A stretch of 60,918 nt of DNA, the filler included. It is 3 parts of 3 records of this genome, joined end to end, with 100 filler letters (N's around TTAATTAATTAA, not from the genome) between each part and the next. Parts side by side here need not be neighbours in the genome. Positions count along the whole stretch, not along the records: positions 29,799 to 60,918 come from SRR20825006_879; 2 more parts are not named here. One strand, given 5' to 3'. The notes below the pieces were generated by a model that had not been told where the DNA came from, searched no databases, and was given only the letters and a program-made list of their open reading frames with translations. The translations under genes and the position numbers were made by a program. Of the stretch, positions 48,935 through 57,551 are shown in pieces (the stretch's first letter is position 1; every line of letters starts with the position of its first letter).

Positions 48935-49987
48935 CTATTCGTTGTGTTTCACGCTCGTTGAATGTTTCATGCTTCTTGAAAGGGCGATGACCGCCCAAGC
49001 ACTGCCCCAGTCATTCGCGGTTGGCGTCGCCTTGCCCTTCGCGGATGCTTTTGTGCCGGGAACTTTCCATCGCCCATTGGGTTCCTGAGTCGCGAGGAGG
49101 TAGCTCACCGCGCGATCCAAAACACTCGATTCCGTTCCTGTCATTGCCAGAGCATGCAGAGCGTATCCGGTGCCCAGTGCGTCGCTGGCGTCTGCTAGTT
49201 TCCAGCCCCATCCACCATCTTCATTTTGGTGCGCTATCAAAGCCGCCTGCCATCGTTGGGTTGATGAGTGGGACGGCGATTGTCCAGGCCGACGTCGATT
49301 CATCTCGTGAGCTAACAGCAACCGAGTGGCCAGGAATTCCGTCGACTCGGGCTCGTCGATGGAGTCGATGAACCGAATCGCGGTGGATGGATCAAACTCA
49401 ACCGACTCTGTTAACAAGGCGAGCGCCGTCCAGGCCGTCGTTGTGGCGGTGGTCTCTTTGGTTGGTCGACGTTGTGCAGGAAGTTGACCGCACGCACGCC
49501 AAGATCCGTCGGCGGCTTGTTCTTCGAGAAGGTTCTCTGCAAGACGCGACCGCCAGGCGGTCGCGTTGGGAGCACTGGATGCATTCGTCGGAGGGATCGC
49601 CAGCAAAAGTTGCGTCATCGTGTCGATGTTCGATGCCATCGTCGCCGCATGATCCAGGTCCGTCTTTTGCTCTGGTTTGACAAAGTTGACGACGTCAGTG
49701 GACCAGCGTTCCCAATCACCGAGCTGGTCGGAATCGACCATGGATTCAGTTTGTCGAGCAGCTTCGTGACTCCAAATCAGCGTCGGGATTTGATGGCATG
49801 AAACACAGCCACGTTTTTCGATCCACCGTTCGCCGGCTTGCCGAACGTATTGCAAACCACGTTGGATCGAACGCGTGGTTTCTTGCGACCCATTTGCATC
49901 CTGTGACCACGCAGGTTGGTCAGCCAACGCCACCCCACCGATCCAAATCAATGCACTCAACGCGGCGACGCGAGATTGGAGAGTCAT
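48935..49987 (-). CDS. Exported prenyltransferase/squalene-cyclase-repeat protein with a CxxCH motif
   Basis: Signal peptide; GCVSCH; QW-type repeats QAADGSW, QNEDGGW, QEPNGRW. Confidence 0.75.
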   Translation of the reverse strand: MTLQSRVAALSALIWIGGVALADQPAWSQDANGSQETTRSIQRGLQYVRQAGERWIEKRGCVSCHQIPTLIWSHEAARQTESMVDSDQLGDWERWSTDVVNFVKPEQKTDLDHAATMASNIDTMTQLLLAIPPTNASSAPNATAWRSRLAENLLEEQAADGSWRACGQLPAQRRPTKETTATTTAWTALALLTESVEFDPSTAIRFIDSIDEPESTEFLATRLLLAHEMNRRRPGQSPSHSSTQRWQAALIAHQNEDGGWGWKLADASDALGTGYALHALAMTGTESSVLDRAVSYLLATQEPNGRWKVPGTKASAKGKATPTANDWGSAWAVIALSRSMKHSTSVKHNE

Positions 49988-50058
49988 AGAGGGTGCCGTT
50001 GGGAAAAAGGAACGCGGATACCGCTATCCTATCCTGATCGCATCCTTCGCGTTCCCGA

Positions 50059-50409
50059 TCAGGTGTCGAGAATCTCAGCGATCTTTTCGGTTGGGCGACC
50101 AATCGCCGCTTTTCCCTCGTGGATTACGATCGGACGTTCGATCAACTTGGGGTGTTCCACCATCGTGGCGATCCATTGTTGATTCGTCAGGGTTTGTTCA
50201 CCCAGATTGAGCTCTTTGAACAGAGGTTCCTTTTTGCGAACCAACGCTTCGGCGGGAATGCCCAACAGTTTGACGATCTCGGCGAGTTCTTTCTTGCTCG
50301 GCGGAGTCTCCAAGTACTTGATGACCTCCGCTTTGACGCCTCGTTCTTCCAGCAGCTGCAAAGCTTGACGAGACTTCGTGCACCGCGGGTTGTGATAGAT
50401 CTTGGTCAT
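50059..50409 (-). CDS. arsC: Arsenate reductase (glutaredoxin-type ArsC/YfgD family)
   Basis: IYHNPRCTKSR, YLETPP, PKLIERPIV, IGRP. Confidence 0.85.
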   Translation of the reverse strand: MTKIYHNPRCTKSRQALQLLEERGVKAEVIKYLETPPSKKELAEIVKLLGIPAEALVRKKEPLFKELNLGEQTLTNQQWIATMVEHPKLIERPIVIHEGKAAIGRPTEKIAEILDT

Positions 50410-50499
50410 GCTGGGGTGAGTTGAGGTTGGAGTGTATGTCAGAGTTGGATTGGGTTGGATCAAGCGACGCGAATATTCGAAACGCCGGGGCGGGATCGT

Positions 50500-51231
50500 T
50501 CAATCCCGGTTGTAGAGCACCGGCATTTTGCCTTTCCACCGATTCCATGTCTCGTCATCGGAGATTAGCTCGGCCATATGGCGAGCGACATTGATGCGGC
50601 TTGATTTTCCCGAATCGAAAAGCGGGCTTCGAATCGGCGAAGGATGAAGGTCATACTCGGTGACCTCGTTCGCATCGTGCAGCGAGTCAGGACGAATGAT
50701 GGACCATTCAATGGCGGCGTCACCTTCTTTGATTTGGGTTTGCAGATATTCAGCCGCTTGTTCGTTGTCGACGTGAGGTGGAACCAACACTCGCAACAAT
50801 CCAAACGCACATCGTTCCGCGAACGAGTGGGTTTCGTTCAAATGGTGATTGCTGACTCCCGACGAGCTCATCAGCACGAAGCGGATCGGCATGGGCCCGG
50901 AGGATTTGCTGGCTGCTTTGCACAACCGTTGGGCCACATCCGTGACCAATCGGCGCGGTTGTCCGAGCATGCCTTTCAGTGTCAGGTTGTGACCCAAGCA
51001 CGATGCAATGGCATGGCAACCATCGACCTGAGCGGCCAGTTGCTCGTCGGTTAAATCGAGAAGGCTGGCTTCGGTGATCGTGCAAGTGGTTTCGTCGAAT
51101 TCGCCCAGCTTCTCACGAAGACGCGAGGCGGATCGAACCACCGTCACAACGTGGTGGCCGCGTTTGATCAGTTGTTGCATCAACAAGTGACCTGTTTGGC
51201 CGGTTGCTCCGGCGATAAATACCTTCGACAT
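50500..51231 (-). CDS. NAD(P)H-binding atypical SDR (flavin reductase-like)
   Basis: AGATGQTG, SCLGH, WSIIRPDSL, SRINVA. Confidence 0.85.
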   Translation of the reverse strand: MSKVFIAGATGQTGHLLMQQLIKRGHHVVTVVRSASRLREKLGEFDETTCTITEASLLDLTDEQLAAQVDGCHAIASCLGHNLTLKGMLGQPRRLVTDVAQRLCKAASKSSGPMPIRFVLMSSSGVSNHHLNETHSFAERCAFGLLRVLVPPHVDNEQAAEYLQTQIKEGDAAIEWSIIRPDSLHDANEVTEYDLHPSPIRSPLFDSGKSSRINVARHMAELISDDETWNRWKGKMPVLYNRD

Positions 51232-51291
51232 CTCAATCTTCAAAAGGACGTGTTCACCAATCAAAATCTCATTGCGATTCGCTGGATGCAA

Positions 51292-53118
51292 TCATCGCGT
51301 GAGCATTGGTTCGACCCAGATGCCCCAGTCACCTCCGCGACCGTTGCCGCCATCGGTCACTTTCAAAGTCAGGGTTTGCACCTTGCTGACATCAATGTCG
51401 AACGCGTTGCCCTGACCGGCGGTCACGCGAGTTGCTTTCCAGAGCGATTTACCATCGCCGATGATTTCAAAATCGACTTGCCCAAACAGATTGCCTTGGA
51501 TTCCACTTCGCCCGCGAAGACGTTTCCAGTTTCCATCAAGCTCGTAGACATGTTTGGCAGGTGCGTGGGCATAGATCCCGTGAGCAAAGTAGTCGCCACC
51601 CAAGGACAACAATCGGTTTTTGTCTGGCACGGAGTTGTAAGTCGCACGCAACCATCCCACTTCGGACGATTGTGGGCGAATCGTCGAGAGCCAAATTGAT
51701 TTGGTAGTCGTTGGGATTCGAGCAGCGTCGATTGAAATTGGTTGGTCAACGTTTCGGAAACGATTTAGCACGCTTTGGCCGATGCTGGCGAGTTCATCGT
51801 CTGAGCCGGCGATTTCGCGAAGCAATTTGGTGGCGTCTTCGACCGAGCCGGTTTGCAGTTCATCGATCACCGGTTTCAGTTCCAATTCCAGCTTCGCGAT
51901 CGAAAGGTTTGGCGTTCCATCCGGGTTGATGCCGTACCGCAGCGACCGCGTGCTCGTCGTTCCATTGACGTGACAAGACACGATCCTCAACTCACCGGAT
52001 GTTCTCGGCCGGAGCGGACCACTGCGCATCGCAAATTCGCCGTCGGTGACGGGAATGGATGTTGCCGTGGTTGCGTCATAGTCGCCACCTCCATCTGGAT
52101 CAAAGTAGGCAACCACCGCATGAGATGGGATCGTAGCGCTGACACGCCCAACAACCTGAATTGATTGGTCTGGACCCACTGACAGGCGCAAGTCATGAAA
52201 TTCGGTGGTGGGACGATCGTAGATCGAGCGGCTGACTTGTCGGTTGAAAACCGGATGAGCCGCCAATCGCAATGCATGAGTTTGCGTGATGAAAGTACCT
52301 TTGCCTTCGCCTCGCAATTGTTGCGCATAGGTTCGGTTGCCCGATCCCATCAAAGCTGTGCCACGTTCGGCTTCGTCGACGCGTTGGCGACAATGTGGCA
52401 ACGAAAGAGCATGGCCGAGTTCATGGATCACGCCACCAATGAAGATTGAGTTGTGACGGCCAATCGTGATGCGTCCGTATTCTCCGTCTCGGATCGGGGT
52501 TGGGTCACGAAAGCGACGGGTGTCCAGAATCTCGGAATCGCATTGCCAAGCGGTTCCCGATAGATGACTGCCGCCACCGTAGTAGGGACTGTGATGTGAG
52601 ATCTTGCTGGCAACGGGATCGTAGTCCATCAAGTTGCAAAACAGCAGCAACACGGATGCGTCGGCGTCGATGCCGCGTTGCCGCAAAACCGGGATCACTT
52701 CGTCACGGATTTTCTGTCCATCGGGTTTGTCGTAGTCCGTTTGTTCACCGACCACGTCAATAATGTCGATTTGTCCTCGTTCGTTTCGCAATGTGTGCAT
52801 GGAACGATTCGGGAAGCCATGTCGCTTGAGTTCGCTCTCGTAGAACTTCGCGGTTTCCTCGACGATCCTACGGATTCGTGCGGTGTGGTTGGCCGCCGGT
52901 TGACGATCGCGAGGCGTGAAGTACACCACGACAACACGACCGGGGGATTCGATCGGATCCGTCTTGATCGCTTGAGCGATTCGCTTGCGGGCCACGGTGA
53001 CGGACGCGGCGGATGCGTGCGTTCGAACCGCAGACGGTCCGTCGGCGAACGACATCCTGACGTCGACGGCGAACACCGACGAGATCGCCAGAACGGCAAG
53101 CAACGAGAATGGTTTCAT
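51292..53118 (-). CDS. Secreted zinc metalloprotease with C-terminal NPCBM/NEW2 domain
   Basis: Signal peptide; HELGHALSLPH with Met-turn ALMG; HGIYAHAP, FEIIGDGKSLW, GDWGIWVEP. Confidence 0.85.
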   Translation of the reverse strand: MKPFSLLAVLAISSVFAVDVRMSFADGPSAVRTHASAASVTVARKRIAQAIKTDPIESPGRVVVVYFTPRDRQPAANHTARIRRIVEETAKFYESELKRHGFPNRSMHTLRNERGQIDIIDVVGEQTDYDKPDGQKIRDEVIPVLRQRGIDADASVLLLFCNLMDYDPVASKISHHSPYYGGGSHLSGTAWQCDSEILDTRRFRDPTPIRDGEYGRITIGRHNSIFIGGVIHELGHALSLPHCRQRVDEAERGTALMGSGNRTYAQQLRGEGKGTFITQTHALRLAAHPVFNRQVSRSIYDRPTTEFHDLRLSVGPDQSIQVVGRVSATIPSHAVVAYFDPDGGGDYDATTATSIPVTDGEFAMRSGPLRPRTSGELRIVSCHVNGTTSTRSLRYGINPDGTPNLSIAKLELELKPVIDELQTGSVEDATKLLREIAGSDDELASIGQSVLNRFRNVDQPISIDAARIPTTTKSIWLSTIRPQSSEVGWLRATYNSVPDKNRLLSLGGDYFAHGIYAHAPAKHVYELDGNWKRLRGRSGIQGNLFGQVDFEIIGDGKSLWKATRVTAGQGNAFDIDVSKVQTLTLKVTDGGNGRGGDWGIWVEPMLTR

Positions 53119-53260
53119 CGGTGAGTGATTTGTCTGCGTTAAAAGGAATTCCGTGGCTGGTGGGCATCGAGGATGCTCATGATCGGCCATGCGGTGCAGA
53201 CTCATCAAGGGGAAGGGGCCGGCTCGAAAGCCAGCGGTCTTCCTATCGCAATTTCGTCGC

Positions 53261-54826
53261 TTATTCTTCGGTCGACGCCTCGGAATCTTCCGGACTCGCT
53301 ACTTCGGAAGCTGCTGGCTTTGCATCGATCCGGTACGCTTTCGCGATCGCTTGTCGGCTGTAGTCAATCGACTCGCCCAGAATGCGAGCGGACTCTTGGC
53401 TGGCATGGAAACCCTTGCTGTTTTCGCTGGCGATGTAGTCCAAACGCCACATCGCTTTTCGTTGCAGATCGCGAATCGGTTTGAGTTGTTCTTCGGTTGC
53501 ACCGGCTGCTTGGACTTCGATGATCGCGTCCAGCATTTCGGTCATCGCACTGGCTGCGCGATCGATGAGGGCTCGTGTTCGGTCCTGAATCACGTCCACG
53601 CGAGCTTTGATCTCCGCCTCGGGAACCTTGTGGCAGGTCTGGCAAGCCTTGTTGATGTTCATCATCGGGCTGCGAACCCAGTGGCTGCTGACTTTGGTGG
53701 CGCCGACCTTCTCGTATGGCATGTGGCAGTCGCTGCAACTGACGCCGGCTCTCGCGTGAATGCCCTGGCTCCAAAGTTCGAACTCGGGGTGTTGGGCTTT
53801 GTAGACCTTTGTGCCAGTCGTTTTGTGGACGTAGTCGTAGAACTCTCCGCCGTCGGGGAACGTGGTGGCGTCCCACTCGGCCTCGAGGTTTTCCATCTTC
53901 AGTCCGTTGCTCCAGGGGTAGGTCAACGTCATCTTGTTCGCACAGTAGTACTCGACATGGCACTGGCCGCAGACAAACGATCGCATTTCCTGGCGAGTCG
54001 CCATGGTGTTCGGGTCGTAGTTGCCTTTCTCGCCGCTATCACGCCAGGATTGAATGCTGGGCAGATGGGGAACTTCGGCGTCGCTTTTGGCGAGCTTGTC
54101 GATGCCCAAGATGAAACCGGGACGCGTGACACGAATTGCCATCGTTTCTGGTTCGTGACAATCCACGCACGAAACGGGATGGGCACCGCCGATGTGTGGA
54201 TCGCCGCTGGTCGCGTCAAACCCATCGGGAGTCTTTTCGAGTTCCGCATGGATTTCTTCGTACTTCTTCGTGCTGACCGATCGGAATCCCGCTAAGACCG
54301 CTTCTTGCTGAAAGCCGTTCGCAAGGGCCTTTGCATCGGCTGGTTCACCTTGTTCTTCTAGGCCGATGCGGCGATAGGTGGCCGCGATCGATGCATGGCA
54401 GTGCAAACATGCACCGGATTGCTGAACGTCGGTCACTCGCTTGGTGACTTCTTGGTCGGCCAACATGTGAGCGTGACCACGGGCTTCGCGGTAATCAATG
54501 CTGAAGGCATAGCCGGCGAACAAGCGTTTCAACCAAGGCGATTCTTCCAGCTTGCTCGGCGGGAGAGCATGATTGCCTCCGAAGTCGGTGTAATCATCGT
54601 CGACCGTTTTCAGGTAGTCCTCGTATTGCTGTGGGAAGTTCAGGCCCCACGGTTTGGGATCGGTGCTGATCTCGGTGACCTCCACCACTTTGGTGAACGG
54701 AGCCCTGGCCTCTTGTTTGCGTTCAAAAATGTTGACCAGCAACGCCACAACGCCGAAGGTTGCGAGAGCGGTCAGTGCGGTCAATAGAATCAGCCATCCG
54801 AAGCTGCGTGGTTGCTGATCGGACAT
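53261..54826 (-). CDS. nrfA: Ammonia-forming pentaheme cytochrome c nitrite reductase (CxxCH variant)
   Basis: FAGYAFSIDYREARGH; hemes CLHCH, CVDCH, CGQCH(VEYY), CSDCH, CQTCH; KAQHPEFE; ENSKGFH. Confidence 0.93.
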   Translation of the reverse strand: MSDQQPRSFGWLILLTALTALATFGVVALLVNIFERKQEARAPFTKVVEVTEISTDPKPWGLNFPQQYEDYLKTVDDDYTDFGGNHALPPSKLEESPWLKRLFAGYAFSIDYREARGHAHMLADQEVTKRVTDVQQSGACLHCHASIAATYRRIGLEEQGEPADAKALANGFQQEAVLAGFRSVSTKKYEEIHAELEKTPDGFDATSGDPHIGGAHPVSCVDCHEPETMAIRVTRPGFILGIDKLAKSDAEVPHLPSIQSWRDSGEKGNYDPNTMATRQEMRSFVCGQCHVEYYCANKMTLTYPWSNGLKMENLEAEWDATTFPDGGEFYDYVHKTTGTKVYKAQHPEFELWSQGIHARAGVSCSDCHMPYEKVGATKVSSHWVRSPMMNINKACQTCHKVPEAEIKARVDVIQDRTRALIDRAASAMTEMLDAIIEVQAAGATEEQLKPIRDLQRKAMWRLDYIASENSKGFHASQESARILGESIDYSRQAIAKAYRIDAKPAASEVASPEDSEASTEE

Positions 54827-54895
54827 GACAAACCTTTGCGAACGAAGATTGAAAGAAGAGGTCGAATCGAAAGAACGGGATCAATACCGAGGGAG

Positions 54896-55432
54896 TCAAC
54901 GCGGATGCATCCAGTCCACTTTGCCGTGGCCCGCATGGCCAACGTCGGCATGGCAATGAACGCAGTTCTGCATGTCGTCTTGCGGGGTCGCCGGCAGCAA
55001 CGTATGCACGAAATCACGATGGCAATCGACGCAGGTGCTCTGGGTGACTCGGCGGTTGCGTGGCTTGATTTCGATCGGATCGGAATAACCACCCATCGTG
55101 AACGCCAATGAATGGAAGAAACCATTGTCGCCTTTGACGACCCACTTGCCGATTTTGTCGTGAGGCAAGTGGCAGTCATTGCAGACCGCAACATGATGGT
55201 GCGAACTTTGTTGCCACGAATCAAAGTGAGACTGCATCACATGGCAATTGACGCAGGTTTCGGGGTTGTTGCTCAGGTAGCTGGCACCCTTGCCGTAACC
55301 GAAAGTGAATGTGCCGATCCCAGCGAGCAGTCCCAGGACCAAACAAAAGGCAAACGTCGCCTTTGAGTACCAAATTTTCGCGGAGTTCTTGATTGGCATC
55401 GGTTCCGATGGATCGCCGGGGGCAGATCGCAT
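54896..55432 (-). CDS. nrfH: Tetraheme quinol dehydrogenase, nitrite reductase small subunit
   Basis: TM anchor; CVNCHVM, CNDCH, CVDCH, CVHCH..VGH; AAGGA RBS. Confidence 0.93.
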   Translation of the reverse strand: MRSAPGDPSEPMPIKNSAKIWYSKATFAFCLVLGLLAGIGTFTFGYGKGASYLSNNPETCVNCHVMQSHFDSWQQSSHHHVAVCNDCHLPHDKIGKWVVKGDNGFFHSLAFTMGGYSDPIEIKPRNRRVTQSTCVDCHRDFVHTLLPATPQDDMQNCVHCHADVGHAGHGKVDWMHPR

Positions 55433-55640
55433 GATGATCCATTCCTTTCGCTTGACCCAAGCCAGGTCAGAGATGACTCGCTTGGTGGGTTGGAATGTAA
55501 CAACTCGCCCGTGCGTGTGAACCTTTTGAACGATGAAATTCAGCTTTGATAGCAGAACTTCATTGGTCTCTGTGCAATGTGATCAGGTGACCGGAAGATC
55601 GGTGTGCTTATCTGCTCAGTTGCCTTGTTGATGTGTGACC

Positions 55641-56090
55641 CTACGGCACGCTCTCGTAACCATCCGGTGCGCGGAGAAGCTTGTTGTGCGTATGAACTCG
55701 TCGTGTGGGATTGCCGTTTGGATCGACGAGCACACCGCCGGCTTCGCACCATCCCAGGATGCCCGGTCGATAGTTGCGAGATTGAATTCCGTCTTTTAGG
55801 CAGCGTTGAGCAAATAACAAACTGCGACCACCGACCGTGCAGGACGCGATCACCGTTCGGTTTTTAAGCTCGTCACGTTGCGACCAAAAATCGTCCATCG
55901 AAATGGCACCGGGGATTTGCGAAACATCTCGCTCGGTTTGTGAACGGACATCCACCAGGACGAAAGATTCGTCGGCACGTTCGAGCACGCTTCGCAGTTC
56001 CTCGGTCGAAATGTTTTCGACTCGGCTTCGTCTGACAAACGGAGCGATCCAATTGAGCCAGCGAACGAATTGCTTTGACAACCAAACCAT
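55641..56090 (-). CDS. Rhodanese-like domain protein
   Basis: VLVDVRS..E..VSQIPGA, SCTVGGRS, GILGW. Confidence 0.82.
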   Translation of the reverse strand: MVWLSKQFVRWLNWIAPFVRRSRVENISTEELRSVLERADESFVLVDVRSQTERDVSQIPGAISMDDFWSQRDELKNRTVIASCTVGGRSLLFAQRCLKDGIQSRNYRPGILGWCEAGGVLVDPNGNPTRRVHTHNKLLRAPDGYESVP

Positions 56091-56199
56091 GCGTGTTTCC
56101 TAACGAGGCGAAGCTCCTACCAAATGGAAGTGAGCGAGGGGATACATTGTTGGCTGTTTGAGGAACTGGATGAACCACGAAAAAGTCCCAATTTGGCGT

Positions 56200-56230
56200 T
56201 TGACTCTCCCCTTGGAGGAGGCCGTAGGAT
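56200..56230 (+). promoter_or_regulatory. MerR-type promoter/operator (19-bp spacer with dyad)
   Basis: TTGACT (56200-05), 19-nt spacer containing CTCC-N7-GGAG, TAGGAT (56225-30). Confidence 0.8.
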
Positions 56231-56237
56231 GGCGGAA

Positions 56238-57056
56238 ATGTTCAGCATAGGCGAATTTTCCAAGGTGACCGGACTGACGATCAAGTCACTCCGGTTCTAT
56301 CACGAGCAAGGTGTTTTGACGCCCAGTCGCGTCGAAGCCGGAAGCGGGTACCGGTACTACTCGGAAACGCAGATCGAAACGGCGCGGGTGATCGCTCGGC
56401 TTCGTGAGATGGAATTCTCTGTGGCTGATGTTCGAGAAATATTGAGTAACCACAGCGACGATGCCGACATCATCGAGCGTTTGAGGTCCCAGCGGGCCGT
56501 GATCAAAGAGCGGATGAAAAAGGATCGTGACATTGCAGGATTGCTCGATCAAATCATTGTTCATGAAACCGAGGCAACCCAAACGATGAACCAAACCAAC
56601 TACGCCGTCGAGGAAAAGAGTGTCGAGCCTTGTTTGATCGCCAGCGTTCGCATGAAAGGAGCCTACAGCGAATGTGGCAAGGGATTCGCGAAAATTGGCC
56701 GCCGGATGGGGCGGTTCATCAATGGCAAACCCATGTTGTTGCAACACGACACCGAATACAAAGAGAACGACGCTGATTTCGAGGCATGCATGCCGATCAA
56801 GAAAGGCCAGTCGAATGAGGAGATCACCGTCAAGGAATTGCCTGGCGGACGAGCCCTGTCGTTGATGCATTTAGGACCGTACGAAGAGATCGGTCGGTCC
56901 TACGAAAAAATCATGAAGCATGCGAAAACGCAGTCACTGAGCTATCACCTGCCGACGCGGGAGATTTACCACAAAGGGCCCGGCATGATTTTCAAGGGCA
57001 ACCCGAAGAAGTACCTGACCGAAATCGTGTTTCTGATTTCGGACGATGTTTCCTGA
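56238..57056 (+). CDS. MerR-family regulator with GyrI-like effector domain (BmrR-like)
   Basis: FSIGEFSK, LRFYHEQG, GYRYYS, HLGPYEEIGRSY, REIYHKGPG; alternative start 56229. Confidence 0.92.
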   Translation: MFSIGEFSKVTGLTIKSLRFYHEQGVLTPSRVEAGSGYRYYSETQIETARVIARLREMEFSVADVREILSNHSDDADIIERLRSQRAVIKERMKKDRDIAGLLDQIIVHETEATQTMNQTNYAVEEKSVEPCLIASVRMKGAYSECGKGFAKIGRRMGRFINGKPMLLQHDTEYKENDADFEACMPIKKGQSNEEITVKELPGGRALSLMHLGPYEEIGRSYEKIMKHAKTQSLSYHLPTREIYHKGPGMIFKGNPKKYLTEIVFLISDDVS

Positions 57057-57108
57057 AGCCGCTGAACCATCGTCCAACCTGTTTTGATCCTTCCTCTGAG
57101 AACCCATC

Positions 57109-57501
57109 ATGAGCGATGCCATCTCTTTGTTTCTTTCCGCTCCGACCTATGCCGTTGCGGGGGCGTCGGCTCGCCAGCACAAATACGGCAACAAGGTCTT
57201 TCGGGCTTTGATCGGATCCGGACGCACCGCGTACCCCCTCAATCCGATCACGGAAGAGATTGAAGGGCATCAGGCGTACCCGCGGATTCAGGATTTGCCG
57301 ACGGTGCCCGAAGCGGTTTCGATCATCACCCCGCCCGAAGTGACTCGCAAAGTGGTCGCTGACGCGATCGACGCGGGCGTGAAGCATCTTTGGATGCAGC
57401 CTGGCGCGGAGGATGACGAAGCTAGCCAAGCAGCTCGCGAGGCTGGACTCACAGTGATCGATGACGGCAGTTGCATTTTGGTGCTGCTCGCTCGCGAATG
57501 A
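57109..57501 (+). CDS. CoA-binding protein (YccU-like)
   Basis: YAVAGAS..KYG, YPLNP, LWMQPG, CILV. Confidence 0.9.
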   Translation: MSDAISLFLSAPTYAVAGASARQHKYGNKVFRALIGSGRTAYPLNPITEEIEGHQAYPRIQDLPTVPEAVSIITPPEVTRKVVADAIDAGVKHLWMQPGAEDDEASQAAREAGLTVIDDGSCILVLLARE

Positions 57502-57551
57502 AACGCAACTCGCCGGTTTGAAACGCATCGATCGAGAGCGAACCTCGCGAG

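Noticed and set aside
55433-55640. FNR box upstream of nrfH
   Set aside because: Only half-sites (TTGAT, TGTGA) were found; no TTGAT-N4-ATCAA dyad.
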